Source: Waddliaceae bacterium (GTDB lineage: Bacteria; Chlamydiota; Chlamydiia; Chlamydiales; Waddliaceae). Taken from it: a stretch of DNA of 64,000 nucleotides. Each line of letters opens with the position of its first letter. The stretch's first letter is position 1. Positions 18,094-29,075 of the stretch are shown one piece after another. Below the pieces are notes generated by a model. The model searched no databases and was not told the origin of the DNA. It saw only the letters and a program-made list of their open reading frames with translations. The DNA lies in assembly GCA_963724325.1 (NCBI GenBank), contig CAVRUH010000007.1:416001-480000 (forward strand). The letters are read 5' to 3'. Position numbers and translations under genes: made by a program.

Positions 18094-19393
18094 TATTCAT
18101 TCCTTCTGCTTTAGCAATTTTCTTTAGTATTATTTTTTTCACGCGTCTTTCATCTGAACTGAGAATTTCGATTTTAAAACCATCCTCTTGTATGACATAA
18201 CCTTTGGTTGGGATTGAGCCTGCACAATGAAAAATATAGCCTCCAATAGTGTCATAGTCGCCTTCAGGAGGAATTTTAATTCCAAGCTGTTCTTCAATAT
18301 CTAGATTATTCATACGGGCATCGAGAATCCATGAATCTGCATCTCGGGTGACAAACATTTCTTCTTCTGAATCGTATTCATCTTCAATTTCCCCCACAAT
18401 TTCCTCCAGGATGTCTTCAATCGTAACAATCCCTTCCGTACCTCCATATTCATCTACGACGATTGCGAGGTGAACCTGCTTTTTGCGGAATTCAAGAAGC
18501 AAGTTTGAAATTTTCTTTGTTTCAGGAGTATACAGGACACCTTTTTGGATTGATTCAATGGGTTGTTCAAGAACCGAAAGATCATTTCCATTTTCAATGT
18601 ACTCCATCATTTTATTGTGTATATCTTTATACATTAGGACGCCTACAATGTTGTCGACGGTGTTGCGATACACTGGAATCCTACTGTAACCCTCGCTTTT
18701 AATCAACTTTGCAGCCTGCAAAATAGTGGTATCGGCGGCTAAACTAAATACATCGACACGAGGCACCATCACCTCGCGAGCAATGCGCTCCTTGAAGGTC
18801 AAAACGGATTCAATCAGTTGTCTCTCCTGAATCGTCAATTCCTGCCCTAAATGCGCCCTTTGAATAATCTCAAAAATCTCTTTGCGAGTTTTACTTAAGG
18901 GCTCTCGTATTGCTATGAGATGAAAATACGATTTGGAAAGGATAATCACCAGCCATGTAAGAGGAAACAACAGCAGCATCAAGACTGACGCTAATGGTCC
19001 CATAAATTTTAATGTCATATTGGGATACTTGGCACCGGTAATTCGAGCTAAAAACTCACTAAAAACAAAACTGGTGAGATAAAAGGCAAAAAATAGGGGA
19101 ATAGTCCATTGTGTTCCATAATCTACCGTGAGTTCCCAAACGATCAATAATGCAAAACCAGCATAAAGAAATCGCATGAGGCTTTGAGCAACCAAAGTGG
19201 CCACTAAAAGACCCTCATATTCATCTTCAGGCAAGATTTTGCGGTGAATGTCTCGATAAAAGAAATGTTTGTCCGCTGCGCTGAGGTCCAAATCCCGGTT
19301 ATATAGTCTACGCAACGCACTATTTAAAGCGGTTGTAATAAAAGCGCCGACGAAAACGAACGCTGTTGGGGTGATAAAACTAAATAATGACAA
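18083..19393 (-). CDS. Hemolysin/CNNM-CBS-CorC domain protein
   Basis: TM N-terminus, AREVMVPR, YSRIPVY, AIVVDEYGGTEGIVTIEDILEEIVGEIEDEYD. Confidence 0.92.
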   Translation of the reverse strand: MSLFSFITPTAFVFVGAFITTALNSALRRLYNRDLDLSAADKHFFYRDIHRKILPEDEYEGLLVATLVAQSLMRFLYAGFALLIVWELTVDYGTQWTIPLFFAFYLTSFVFSEFLARITGAKYPNMTLKFMGPLASVLMLLLFPLTWLVIILSKSYFHLIAIREPLSKTRKEIFEIIQRAHLGQELTIQERQLIESVLTFKERIAREVMVPRVDVFSLAADTTILQAAKLIKSEGYSRIPVYRNTVDNIVGVLMYKDIHNKMMEYIENGNDLSVLEQPIESIQKGVLYTPETKKISNLLLEFRKKQVHLAIVVDEYGGTEGIVTIEDILEEIVGEIEDEYDSEEEMFVTRDADSWILDARMNNLDIEEQLGIKIPPEGDYDTIGGYIFHCAGSIPTKGYVIQEDGFKIEILSSDERRVKKIILKKIAKAEGMNNDD

Positions 19394-19399
19394 TGCTTC

Positions 19400-19846
19400 C
19401 TACCTTTTCAGAAAAAGATCCTTGAACTTTACATTTTGCATATGTCGTGATTCGGCTGCACGCATTTTCTTCTCTTCCTCACCTAAATCGTCATATCCCA
19501 TCAAATGCAAAAGTCCATGAATGACATATAAACTGGTTTCCTGATAAAGATCTCCACCATTTTCAGCAACGAAATGAATAGCAGCCTCCGGGCAGACAAA
19601 CACATCTCCCAAAACACGATACTTTTCATGAATATCCTCATCCAAAGGAAAGGAAATGCAATCTGTAGGGGAAGGATCATCAAAATATTCGTCATGGAGT
19701 GAACAAATTGAAGGTGTATCTACAAAATGAATGGAAACTTCGTGGCAGGGCTGTCCTTCAAAATTAATGACCTCTCTAACCAAAGCAATAACTGAGGCTG
19801 GAGAGATCACAAGATCCTTTTGGTCGTTGAATACGTGTATTTCCAC
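19400..19846 (-). CDS. ybeY: rRNA maturation endoribonuclease YbeY
   Basis: PTDCISF, LGDVFVC, HGLLHLMGYDD; GTG start. Confidence 0.93.
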   Translation of the reverse strand: MEIHVFNDQKDLVISPASVIALVREVINFEGQPCHEVSIHFVDTPSICSLHDEYFDDPSPTDCISFPLDEDIHEKYRVLGDVFVCPEAAIHFVAENGGDLYQETSLYVIHGLLHLMGYDDLGEEEKKMRAAESRHMQNVKFKDLFLKR

Positions 19847-19858
19847 TGAGGTAGAATG

Positions 19859-20017
19859 CTACACTGCCGCCACTAGCGTTTTGGGGAGGCCGGTAACACG
19901 CTGGCCTTCAGTCCATTTGCCGAGGGTTTTGAGTTTTTCAACACGTTCGAAACGCTTAAGAACGTTTCTTTTTTTTGCAGTTTTTGTACTGTTTCCGTAG
20001 CTTGGGTGTCTTGACAT
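19859..20017 (-). CDS. PVC-superphylum small basic protein (52 aa), absent from the ORF track
   Basis: Translates MSRHPSYGNSTKTAKKRNVLKRFERVEKLKTLGKWTEGQRVTGLPKTLVAAV with the RNVLKRxER...GLPK signature. Confidence 0.9.
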   Translation of the reverse strand: MSRHPSYGNSTKTAKKRNVLKRFERVEKLKTLGKWTEGQRVTGLPKTLVAAV

Positions 20018-20043
20018 GATATAATCCTAATGTTTTTCAGTTG

Positions 20044-20217
20044 TTATTTGATTTTTGGGATAAATGCCATTGTTGCAAGTTCGCCTTCTAGGGCGTTAGC
20101 ATGTTCTTTAAATCCCATTGGGAGGTTATCTTTTCTAGGTCCTGTTTTTGCGGATGGTTTTCTATTTTTGCGTGGAGAAACCGACCGTCTTTCATTTTGT
20201 TTGCTGATGCGTACCAT
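20044..20217 (-). CDS. Small basic hypothetical protein (57 aa), absent from the ORF track
   Basis: AGGAG RBS; MVRISKQNERRSVSPRKNRKPSAKTGPRK...MAFIPKIK; directly upstream of the PVC small basic protein. Confidence 0.7.
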   Translation of the reverse strand: MVRISKQNERRSVSPRKNRKPSAKTGPRKDNLPMGFKEHANALEGELATMAFIPKIK

Positions 20218-20310
20218 ACTTTATACTCCTGTATTTTTATGTAGTCCATGATACATCTTTTGTCAAAACATCGCAAGCTTTTTAATCGCAGAAATGATAT
20301 CTAGGTAAGT

Positions 20311-20817
20311 ATGCTTAAGATGTTATCATTTGTTCTTGATCGGATTTTCGTTGTGGCAGGGGCTTTGCTATTTCTGCAAATCCCAAATTTTTTTGTCCAT
20401 TATACGCAGCGTTTGGGCGGGCATGCGTCTGAATTAAAATTGCAAATTGATGCGATGTATAAGATTGCGGCTCAGTCGGGAAAAACGTTGCCCGAGTTTA
20501 TAAGTAAGTTTCAATCTAGCGTAGACATGGACATTTCTTTGCAAGGAAGCTTGATGAAGGGAATGTTGGTACGTTATATGGACTTATCGGATGCATACGA
20601 AGCGATGTTGCATGCGACACCGTTGACCAGGCCTTTGATATTTATAAGTAATCTTCAGTGGAATGTCGCTTGGATGACTTGGCAGGACTTCACTTGGGGG
20701 ATTTCCTTTAGTTTAGAAGGGTTAGTTTATGGATTTATTGGGATGATTTTTGGATCTGCTCTATGTTGGCTCTTCATAAAACCTTTAAAATTAGCTTGCA
20801 AAAAAATAGCCAAGTAA
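20311..20817 (+). CDS. DUF2937-family membrane protein
   Basis: LQIPNFFVHYTQRLGGH motif; terminal TM helices. Confidence 0.8.
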   Translation: MLKMLSFVLDRIFVVAGALLFLQIPNFFVHYTQRLGGHASELKLQIDAMYKIAAQSGKTLPEFISKFQSSVDMDISLQGSLMKGMLVRYMDLSDAYEAMLHATPLTRPLIFISNLQWNVAWMTWQDFTWGISFSLEGLVYGFIGMIFGSALCWLFIKPLKLACKKIAK

Positions 20818-20850
20818 TGTATAATTTTTACTTTAAAGGAGATTAACAAT

Positions 20851-22245
20851 ATGTCATTTACAAGGGATAGAATAGGCAGTTGCAGCAACTATTACAACAA
20901 ATATAATACTACCCATGACAATAATCCTTTAATGAAACGCTCGCGTGTCGAAGGTTCAAAGGACACCTTGTCTACGCAGGCTCACCTCGAAAGAGAACTG
21001 CTTAAGCGGATGCAAGAGGGTTACTTTGAAAACTCTGATGAAAGAATCCTTTATCTCGCTAAATTCGGTAAGGATATTTTTCTTTTAATGATGGTTCCGA
21101 CGCTTTTTCTACTTGTTAAATTCCCAAAATGGATGTTTGTATCGGTTTTACCTGCGGGATTCAGAGGCCTAAAAAAAGGTGGGAAAAATTTAAAAACGCT
21201 CTTAAATGAACATGTTTTATCTCGATTAATGGAAATTTCGAAGAAAATTGCCCAGCAGATGTCTAATTTTGCTAAAAAAACTGGGGAAATAATAAAGACA
21301 GCATCCAAATTTTTTGAAGGCATTAGAAAGATCCCTGAAAAATTTAAATTCGTTACAAATCGAGGAATCGAAGCATTAGTAAAAGCATATGATGCCGCGT
21401 TGGAACCCTTTCGTAAAACAGCAGCTCTCATCAAGGGGGTCATTGAAAAGTCCCAGGAAATGGCTCTTATTGTTCTTCAGCAAATGACCAAAGTCATTAC
21501 TCCATTTAAGGCCGCAGGACATTGGATAAAAAACAAAAATGAAGCTGTTAAAGCCTTTGCTAATTCTGTTAAAGCCTTTGGTAAAAAAACATCCCAATCG
21601 CTGAATAAAATTGCGCTACCCCTTAAAGTTGCTGCGCGAAAGATCTCTGAGGTTACAAAAAAATTGAGCACCGCTTTGGCAGAATCATTTGCTAGACATA
21701 TTGAGGAACCCGTAAAAAAGTTTACTGAACAGGTAAAAACTATTGCATGGAATGTCATAGATGTTGTTAGAGCAAAGGAGCAGGTGCTCCGAGAGTGGGT
21801 GCAGAATGCGGGCCAATATGCGGTAAAATTATATCAAGGTACAATAGAAGCTGTGATCCCTTTTGCTAGAAGCGTGGTTTCTAGGATGATTGGATTGGCG
21901 CCGCATTCTCTTAAAGAGTTTTTTGAACCAATGGTTTCTTTTGTCAAAGGAACTTTTCGTCTGGGGAAATTTATGAGTAAGTTTCTCAAAGAAAAGGGTA
22001 ATTCTGCTTCTGAGTGGGTTTCAAAACATATGAAGAAGGTAAAACAGCAATTATCGAAAGCCTTGGATTGGTTCTTTATCCAATCAATAAAGCTACCTGG
22101 AAAAATTTGGGGCTATATGGTGAAGTTTGTTGCAGTTGTTGCTGAAGCAAGCAAACGCATTTTCTTTATGCTCCGTCTTCTGCTCGCTTGGATCAGAGTT
22201 CTCATCAGGTATGCCTTCGCAGAACTCAAAATTCGCATGCAATAA
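20851..22245 (+). CDS. Hypothetical basic helical protein
   Basis: 464-aa ORF with AGGAG RBS; no recognised motif. Confidence 0.75.
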   Translation: MSFTRDRIGSCSNYYNKYNTTHDNNPLMKRSRVEGSKDTLSTQAHLERELLKRMQEGYFENSDERILYLAKFGKDIFLLMMVPTLFLLVKFPKWMFVSVLPAGFRGLKKGGKNLKTLLNEHVLSRLMEISKKIAQQMSNFAKKTGEIIKTASKFFEGIRKIPEKFKFVTNRGIEALVKAYDAALEPFRKTAALIKGVIEKSQEMALIVLQQMTKVITPFKAAGHWIKNKNEAVKAFANSVKAFGKKTSQSLNKIALPLKVAARKISEVTKKLSTALAESFARHIEEPVKKFTEQVKTIAWNVIDVVRAKEQVLREWVQNAGQYAVKLYQGTIEAVIPFARSVVSRMIGLAPHSLKEFFEPMVSFVKGTFRLGKFMSKFLKEKGNSASEWVSKHMKKVKQQLSKALDWFFIQSIKLPGKIWGYMVKFVAVVAEASKRIFFMLRLLLAWIRVLIRYAFAELKIRMQ

Positions 22246-22322
22246 TTCGCTTGAATTCTATTGCATTTTCTAGTAAGATCAGGCCATATAACAATTATTA
22301 TAATGGACTTTTTCTGATGTTA

Positions 22323-23228
22323 ATGAGCAAATTTTTAGATCCGAAAAACGACTTGGCCTTTAAGCGAATCTTTGGGTCAGAGAAAAATAAAGATATTCTT
22401 ATCCATTTTCTCAACGATATTTTCGCAAAACAAACAGGTATCATTGAAGAGGTGACTTTTCTTAAGACCTTTCAGGAACCCGAAGTAGCTTCTCAACGCG
22501 TTAGTATTGTGGATATTATGTGCCAAGCTGTCAATGGCGATCATTTTATTATCGAAATGCAGGTACAGCATGAAGCTGGATTCGAAAAACGGGCACAATA
22601 TTATGCAGCAAGAGCATACATAAATCAGCGTCAGAAGGGCACAGAGTATAAAGACTTACAACAAGTAATTTTTCTCGCGATTACTGAATTTACGATCTTT
22701 CCAAATAAACCAGGCTTTTTATGTCATCACCAAGTCCTCGATATCGAATCGGGCGAACGAGATCTTAAAGATTTTTCCTTTTCGTTCCTTGAGCTGCCCA
22801 AATTCACAAAGGATATCGATCAACTTAAGACAATGACTGATAAATGGGCTTATTTTTTTAAAAATGCTGATTGCACAAGTGAAGCCGATCTTAAAAAAAT
22901 TGTCGGTTCCGATCAAATTATTGAACGTGCATTTGAAGAACTTAATCGATTTTCATGGAAATCTGGGGATCTTCTTAATTACGACTCCGTGGATATGAAA
23001 ATCTGTGCTGACAAAGCTGTCAGGGAATATGCCCTTGAATACGGTAAAAAAGAAGGCATCATAGAAGGCAAAAAAGAAGGCATCATAGAAGGCAAGAAAG
23101 AAGGCATCATAGAAGGCAAACTAGAAGAAAAGTATGAGACGGCTCGCTTTCTTATAAAAGAAAAATATGCATTTGAGACGATTGCACGCATTACACGACT
23201 TAGCGTTGAACAAATTAAAAATTTATAA
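22323..23228 (+). CDS. Rpn-family / PD-(D/E)XK nuclease family putative transposase
   Basis: FLDPKNDLAFKRIFG, IIEMQV, FEKRAQYYAARAY, FLELPKF, C-terminal EGKKEGII repeats. Confidence 0.92.
   Translation: MSKFLDPKNDLAFKRIFGSEKNKDILIHFLNDIFAKQTGIIEEVTFLKTFQEPEVASQRVSIVDIMCQAVNGDHFIIEMQVQHEAGFEKRAQYYAARAYINQRQKGTEYKDLQQVIFLAITEFTIFPNKPGFLCHHQVLDIESGERDLKDFSFSFLELPKFTKDIDQLKTMTDKWAYFFKNADCTSEADLKKIVGSDQIIERAFEELNRFSWKSGDLLNYDSVDMKICADKAVREYALEYGKKEGIIEGKKEGIIEGKKEGIIEGKLEEKYETARFLIKEKYAFETIARITRLSVEQIKNL
23047..23118 (+). repeat. 24-bp tandem repeat x3 (KKEGIIEG) in the Rpn C-terminus
   Basis: AAAAAAGAAGGCATCATAGAAGGC repeated three times with one substitution. Confidence 0.9.
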
Positions 23229-23240
23229 GGAAATGGACTA

Positions 23241-24629
23241 ATGTCTATAAGCGTACTTGATCTTTATAGCATAGGAATTGGACCCTCTAGTTCACACACG
23301 GTTGGTCCCATGCGAGCCGCATTGCTTTTCGCTAATTTTCTAGAAAATAATAACATGATCGACAAAACTAATACGATCAAAGTAGATCTGTATGGCTCTT
23401 TAGCGCTGACAGGAAAAGGGCATGGCACAGATTTTGCGGTACTTATGGGACTTGAAGGTGAAATACCTAGTACGATCGATCCCGCAAAAATAAGTTCTCG
23501 CATCCAAACAATGCACAAAGAAAAAGTTCTAAACCTGCTGGGAAAGAAAACGATTCCCTTTGATATCGATTCCCAACTCATTTTTCACAAAGATAAACGA
23601 CTTCCTTTTCACCCGAATGGAATGCGCTATACAGCTTATGACATCTTAGGGGAATCGCTCGTCGAAAGAATTTACTATTCTGTGGGCGGGGGATTCATTG
23701 TAGATCATGACCATGCTGATAAAGAAGGGCATCTTGGAGAGGAGAACCATCAACTTCCTTATCATTTTACCTCTGGCGATGAATTATTAGAACTATGCAG
23801 AGAGCATAATATGCCCATACAAAAAGTAGTGATGGAAAATGAAAAAACTTGGCGCACCGAAGAACAAACTAGAAATGCACTACTTAATATCTGGAATATC
23901 ATGAAGGATTGCGTCAAAGCAGGGTATAACCATGAAGAAGGAATTCTTCCAGGAGGCCTTCAAGTACGAAGGCGTGCGCCCGGAATCTATCGTCAGCTTA
24001 TCGAACAAAAAAAACTCAATGCAAAAGATCCAGTAGAAGTAATGAAATGGGTCAGTTTATGGGCTTTATCTGTCAACGAGGAAAATGCGGCAGGCAGTCG
24101 CGTGGTAACTGCTCCAACGAATGGAGCGGCAGGGATTATTCCAGCAGTTATGCACTACTATGATATCTTTACAGAGAATCCGACAGAGGAGGGGATTATT
24201 ACCTTCATGTTAACAGCAGGTGCCATCGGAATACTCTATAAGTTGGGTGCTTCGATTTCTGCTGCCGAAATGGGTTGTATGGGAGAAGTGGGTGTGGCAT
24301 GTTCAATGGCAGCAGCCGGACTTACAGCTGCACTTGGAGGCTCCCCAGAGCAAGTAGAAAATGCAGCTGAGATTGGGATGGAACATAACTTAGGCCTCAC
24401 CTGCGATCCAGTAATGGGATTGGTGCAAATCCCTTGTATTGAACGAAATACAATGGGTTCCGTTAAAGCCATTAATGCCTCTTTATTGGCTATGCTTCAA
24501 ATTGATGGCAACCATAGAGTCTCACTAGATCAGGTCATTAATACGATGCGCCAGACCGGAAAGGACATGCAATCAATTTATAAAGAAACTTCTCTTGGGG
24601 GGCTTGCCGTAAACGTTCCAGAATGTTAA
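23241..24629 (+). CDS. sdaA: L-serine ammonia-lyase (Fe-S, fused type)
   Basis: [42 protein letters not shown]. Confidence 0.96.
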   Translation: MSISVLDLYSIGIGPSSSHTVGPMRAALLFANFLENNNMIDKTNTIKVDLYGSLALTGKGHGTDFAVLMGLEGEIPSTIDPAKISSRIQTMHKEKVLNLLGKKTIPFDIDSQLIFHKDKRLPFHPNGMRYTAYDILGESLVERIYYSVGGGFIVDHDHADKEGHLGEENHQLPYHFTSGDELLELCREHNMPIQKVVMENEKTWRTEEQTRNALLNIWNIMKDCVKAGYNHEEGILPGGLQVRRRAPGIYRQLIEQKKLNAKDPVEVMKWVSLWALSVNEENAAGSRVVTAPTNGAAGIIPAVMHYYDIFTENPTEEGIITFMLTAGAIGILYKLGASISAAEMGCMGEVGVACSMAAAGLTAALGGSPEQVENAAEIGMEHNLGLTCDPVMGLVQIPCIERNTMGSVKAINASLLAMLQIDGNHRVSLDQVINTMRQTGKDMQSIYKETSLGGLAVNVPEC

Positions 24630-24650
24630 AAATAGGAAAAGGAAGTGCGC

Positions 24651-25445
24651 ATGGAAAAATTTGAAGAACGTTATTCAGTTGAAATTGAAATTCACGAGAA
24701 AAAGATCTTTGGCGTTATTCACAAGCCAATAACACAGGGAAAAGTTCCCGCAGTTCTATTTTGTCATGGTCTTGCGGGACATAAAATTGGAAAACATAGG
24801 ATGTATGTTACCTTGGCAGAGTGCCTTGCACAACATGGCATTGCCAGTCTGAGAATAGACTTCAGAGGCTCAGGAGATAGCGAAGGTTCATTTTCCGATA
24901 TGACCTATACCAGCGAAGTTCATGATGCACTCATGTCTCTCACGTATTTATCAGAACTATCTTTCATAGACCCTCAAAGAATAGGGATTTTCGGCCGATC
25001 TTTCGGTGGAGCTGTTGCTATTATGGCAGCTGAAAAATTTAAAAAGCTAAAAGCAATTGCACTTTGGGCCTCAATTTTCGATGTATCACAATGGGAAAAA
25101 TCCTGGGAACTTGTGAGTACTGGCCAGGTTGATGAAAGGACTCGTCATGAGCTTATGCGAATTGATGGACAGCTTCCAGGAATGAAATTCTACGAAGAGC
25201 TTTTTAAGCTCGATTTGACAAAGGGATTATCTAGTTTAGATACAATACCTATGCTCCACATCCATGGAGAAAAGGATACTGTAGTTACCGTTGACCATGC
25301 TGACAAATTCGCAAAACACAGAAAAAATGCAAGTGCAGCAACACGCTTTCTGCGCCTGCCTCATAGCGATCATGACTTCACTCATCCTGAGGAGAAGACA
25401 AAGGCGATTCAGTTGACATGTGAATGGCTGAAGGAGAATTTATGA
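24651..25445 (+). CDS. Alpha/beta hydrolase
   Basis: HG, DFRGSGDSEG, GRSFGG nucleophile elbow, HGEKD, DHDF. Confidence 0.9.
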   Translation: MEKFEERYSVEIEIHEKKIFGVIHKPITQGKVPAVLFCHGLAGHKIGKHRMYVTLAECLAQHGIASLRIDFRGSGDSEGSFSDMTYTSEVHDALMSLTYLSELSFIDPQRIGIFGRSFGGAVAIMAAEKFKKLKAIALWASIFDVSQWEKSWELVSTGQVDERTRHELMRIDGQLPGMKFYEELFKLDLTKGLSSLDTIPMLHIHGEKDTVVTVDHADKFAKHRKNASAATRFLRLPHSDHDFTHPEEKTKAIQLTCEWLKENL

Positions 25446-26995
25446 CCTGGAAATTACAGAAAGCTCGACTTGAATACCAGCCAAAAATGCCTCATGTTTT
25501 ATTTGATTTTGAAAATCTCCTTTTTCATGAGGAGTCCGTAGCGCACCCTGAAGAATTGAATAATATATTTCCGCACATTATTGGGAAACCTTTTTTAAGG
25601 TTGTCACGGAATTCGGTCTATATGAAGCATGACCCCTTAAAAGTGGGTGTCGTTTTTTCTGGAGGGCAAGCCGCGGGCGGACACAATGTTATTTCTGGCC
25701 TCCTCGACGCCTTGCAAATCATGAATCGCGATTCTGCTATTTATGGTTTTCTGAATGGCCCTATAGGGATTATGGAGAATAATGTTATTCTCATTAATTC
25801 ACAAAAAATTGAGTCCTATAGGAACCAGGGTGGATTCGACTTAATTGGTTCTGGAAGGGACAAAATTGAAACACCTGAACAATTTCAGGCGGCAGCAAAA
25901 ACTGTTCAAGAACTTGATCTCGATGGACTTGTCATCATTGGTGGTGACGATTCGAACACCAATGCCGCATTTTTGGCGGAGTATTTTGTTGCAAATAAAA
26001 TCAAAACGAAAGTGATCGGCGTTCCCAAAACTATTGACGGCGACCTAATGAATGAATATATCGAAATTCCTTTTGGATTCGATACAGCGACAAAGACGTA
26101 TTCCGAAATTATCGGAAGCATATTGAGAGATTCGTTATCGGCAAAAAAATACTATTTTTTCATCAAGATTATGGGTCGGTCGGCCTCGCACATTGCCCTT
26201 GAATGTGCTATGCAGACCCATCCAAACATGACACTTGTTGGAGAAGAGATCGCTGCAAAAAAAATGTCATTTCAGGATATAACCAATCAAATTTGCGACA
26301 TGATTGAAGCCCGTGCTAAAATAGATAAAAACTACGGTGTCATAATAATTCCAGAAGGTGTGATAGAATTTATTCCCGAATTTCAGATGCTTATCCTAGA
26401 GCTGAATAGAGGGACTAATTTAAGCCCAGAAGCAAAGGCATGTTTAGAATCTCTTCCGAAAGATATACAGAAACAAATCACTATGGATAGAGATCCTCAT
26501 GGAAACGTCAAAGTTTCTAAAATTGAAACCGAACGATTATTTATAGATGCCGTCGAGATGGAACTCCATAGACGAAAGGCCAAACCTATCAGTGCCCAGC
26601 CCTTATTTCTAGGATATGAGGGAAGATCATGTCTACCCTCTAATTTCGATTGTGGATACTGCTATGTATTAGGTCATGTGGCCGCAATTCTTATTGACAG
26701 GGGATTCACTGGATACATGGCCTGTGTTAACGAACTTCAACGGGATTCCGACATATGGAAGATGTCTGGCATACCACTGACAACGATGATTCATCTTGAA
26801 GAAAGAAAGGGAAAGCAAAAGGCTGTTATTCGTAAGACACTCGTCGATCTTGATCGAGAGATGTTCATCGAATTTAAAAAGCACCGAAAACACTGGGAAA
26901 TTCATGACGAATACCTCTACCCGGGTCCTATACAGTTCTTTGGACCATCAGAAATCACAGATTCAGTACCCATAACCATAAAAATGCTAAGGTAA
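25442..26995 (+). CDS. pfp: Pyrophosphate-dependent phosphofructokinase
   Basis: SGGQAAGGHNV, IGGDDSNTNA, PKTIDGD, MGRSASH, GYEGR. Confidence 0.95.
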   Translation: MTWKLQKARLEYQPKMPHVLFDFENLLFHEESVAHPEELNNIFPHIIGKPFLRLSRNSVYMKHDPLKVGVVFSGGQAAGGHNVISGLLDALQIMNRDSAIYGFLNGPIGIMENNVILINSQKIESYRNQGGFDLIGSGRDKIETPEQFQAAAKTVQELDLDGLVIIGGDDSNTNAAFLAEYFVANKIKTKVIGVPKTIDGDLMNEYIEIPFGFDTATKTYSEIIGSILRDSLSAKKYYFFIKIMGRSASHIALECAMQTHPNMTLVGEEIAAKKMSFQDITNQICDMIEARAKIDKNYGVIIIPEGVIEFIPEFQMLILELNRGTNLSPEAKACLESLPKDIQKQITMDRDPHGNVKVSKIETERLFIDAVEMELHRRKAKPISAQPLFLGYEGRSCLPSNFDCGYCYVLGHVAAILIDRGFTGYMACVNELQRDSDIWKMSGIPLTTMIHLEERKGKQKAVIRKTLVDLDREMFIEFKKHRKHWEIHDEYLYPGPIQFFGPSEITDSVPITIKMLR

Positions 26996-27002
26996 AACGA
27001 AA

Positions 27003-28058
27003 ATGAAAGAAATTTCAATTGGCCAATATAAAATCGGCCAGAACCATCCTCCATTTATTGTTGCGGAAATGTCCGGAAATCACAATGGATCGCTAGATCG
27101 TGCACTTAAACTAGTTGAAGCAACAAAAGCAGCAGGAATCCAGGCAATTAAACTACAAACCTACACTGCAGATACAATTACTTTAGATAGCACTGAGGGA
27201 GATTTCGTAATACGCGATCCAAAATCACTTTGGACCGGCAGAAAATTATACGATCTGTACAAAGAAGCCTATACCCCATGGGAATGGCATAAGCCTATTT
27301 TTGATCGAGCTCGAGAGCTTGGACTTATAGCATTTAGCACCCCTTTCGATGAAACTGCAGTCGATTTTTTGGAAAATCTCAATGTGCCATGCTATAAGAT
27401 TGCCTCTTTGGAAATTGTGGATTTACCTTTGATCAAAAAGGTCGCAAACACGGGCAAACCTATGATCATGTCAGTTGGGGGCGCTTCTCTTGAAGAGATC
27501 GGCGAGGCCGTTGACACAGCAAGGGCAGGTGGCTGTAAGGACCTTATTCTACTTAAATGCACAGCAGCTTATCCAGCCCGAGCGACTGATGCTCATTTGA
27601 AAACAATTCCTGATTTAATGAAAAAGTTTCACGTTTTAACTGGACTTTCGGACCACACATTGAGTTTAGGTGTTCCCATTGCCAATGTTGCGCTTGGAGG
27701 ATGCCTGATAGAAAAACATATAACTCTTTCACGCGCGGAAGGGGGAGTCGATGCCGCCTTTTCGCTTGAGCCAGAAGAATTTAAAATGCTTGGTAAGAAC
27801 GCCAAAGAGGCCTGGGAAGCATTGGGAGAAGTACGCTATGCTCCAGTAGAATCTGAAAAGTCTATCATGACTTTTCGACCATCGCTCTTTTTTGTTGAAG
27901 ACATTACTGCAGGTGAAATTATTAGGCCTCATCATATCCGTTCGGTCCGCCCTGGAATGGGGCTTCCTCCAAAGGAAATTGATCATATTATTGGCAAGAC
28001 CCTAAACATCAATGTCAAAAAGGGAACACCCGTAAAATGGAATCTAATAAAGAAATGA
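27003..28058 (+). CDS. pseI: Pseudaminic acid synthase (NeuB family)
   Basis: AEMSGNHNG, KLQTYTADTIT, TPWEWH, GLSDHT, C-terminal SAF domain. Confidence 0.88.
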   Translation: MKEISIGQYKIGQNHPPFIVAEMSGNHNGSLDRALKLVEATKAAGIQAIKLQTYTADTITLDSTEGDFVIRDPKSLWTGRKLYDLYKEAYTPWEWHKPIFDRARELGLIAFSTPFDETAVDFLENLNVPCYKIASLEIVDLPLIKKVANTGKPMIMSVGGASLEEIGEAVDTARAGGCKDLILLKCTAAYPARATDAHLKTIPDLMKKFHVLTGLSDHTLSLGVPIANVALGGCLIEKHITLSRAEGGVDAAFSLEPEEFKMLGKNAKEAWEALGEVRYAPVESEKSIMTFRPSLFFVEDITAGEIIRPHHIRSVRPGMGLPPKEIDHIIGKTLNINVKKGTPVKWNLIKK

Positions 28059-28064
28059 TCCACT

Positions 28065-29075
28065 ATGGATGAGAAAAGTTTTTTGGAATGCGGGGTTCTT
28101 GTTGATGCGGGGGATAAACGATGCATCGTGGGATGGGGGAAAAGAACGTGGAAAAAAACTGGAGATATCTCATTCTATGCTCCAGATTTTTTTCTCGAAA
28201 CCGAAGAACCTTGGTTCACACATGAACACACTGCAATTTATCGTTTTGATGAACTGCTAGCTCTACTCAAGCCCAATGCCTTTCAATGCTCAATCAAATG
28301 GACCAATGCGGCAAAATCAACATTTAATACTGCCTTCAATAGCTTCCGTTCGGGACCCCTCCAGAAAGTCGTTCCATATGTTTTTGAAGAGGCAAAGCAT
28401 CAGATGGAATCGCCTATTTTACTCAACTCCCTTTGTTCTCTTTTAACCTATGCACAAACCCATGCGGTGCATCCATACGGTTTTTGGGATAAAAACAATG
28501 GCATGTTGGGCGCCACACCTGAATTCCTGTTCAAGTTGTCTGGAAATGACCTGACGACAGTTGCTGTTGCAGGCACTTGCCCTATCGGAGAAGCAGATAG
28601 CATGTTACATGATTCCAAATTGCTTCACGAACATCATCTTGTTGTTCAAGGAATTAAAGAGTCCATTTCTCAATATGGAAATTTCCACGTGGGAACGACA
28701 CAGGTCCAAAAATATACAAAACATTGCCACCTCATAACCCCGCTTGCTCTAGAATTATCTAAAAATATTTCGCTCGAAGAGATAATCCCTCTTTTGCATC
28801 CGACACCAGCGCTAGGAGCCTATCCGCGAGAAGAGGGGAGGCTGTGGTTAGAGGAATACAATCAATTAATTCCAAGAGAACGTTTTGGAGCTCCTTTTGG
28901 TTTCATCAATAAAAATGAAAGCTCTTGCCTAGTTGCAATCAGAAACATTCAATGGAATAATCAAAAAATCAAACTGGGAGCTGGATGCGGCATCGTTCAT
29001 GCTAGCGAATCTGAAACAGAATGGAATGAAATTCTCTTAAAAATAAAGTCGATCAAAGATATACTCGCGGTATGA
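28065..29075 (+). CDS. menF: Isochorismate synthase
   Basis: [38 protein letters not shown]; first gene of the men cluster. Confidence 0.88.
   Translation: MDEKSFLECGVLVDAGDKRCIVGWGKRTWKKTGDISFYAPDFFLETEEPWFTHEHTAIYRFDELLALLKPNAFQCSIKWTNAAKSTFNTAFNSFRSGPLQKVVPYVFEEAKHQMESPILLNSLCSLLTYAQTHAVHPYGFWDKNNGMLGATPEFLFKLSGNDLTTVAVAGTCPIGEADSMLHDSKLLHEHHLVVQGIKESISQYGNFHVGTTQVQKYTKHCHLITPLALELSKNISLEEIIPLLHPTPALGAYPREEGRLWLEEYNQLIPRERFGAPFGFINKNESSCLVAIRNIQWNNQKIKLGAGCGIVHASESETEWNEILLKIKSIKDILAV

Noticed and set aside
20088..20276. 62-aa ORF from the track
   Set aside because: The overlapping frame 20217-20044 has the AGGAG RBS and a more plausible product
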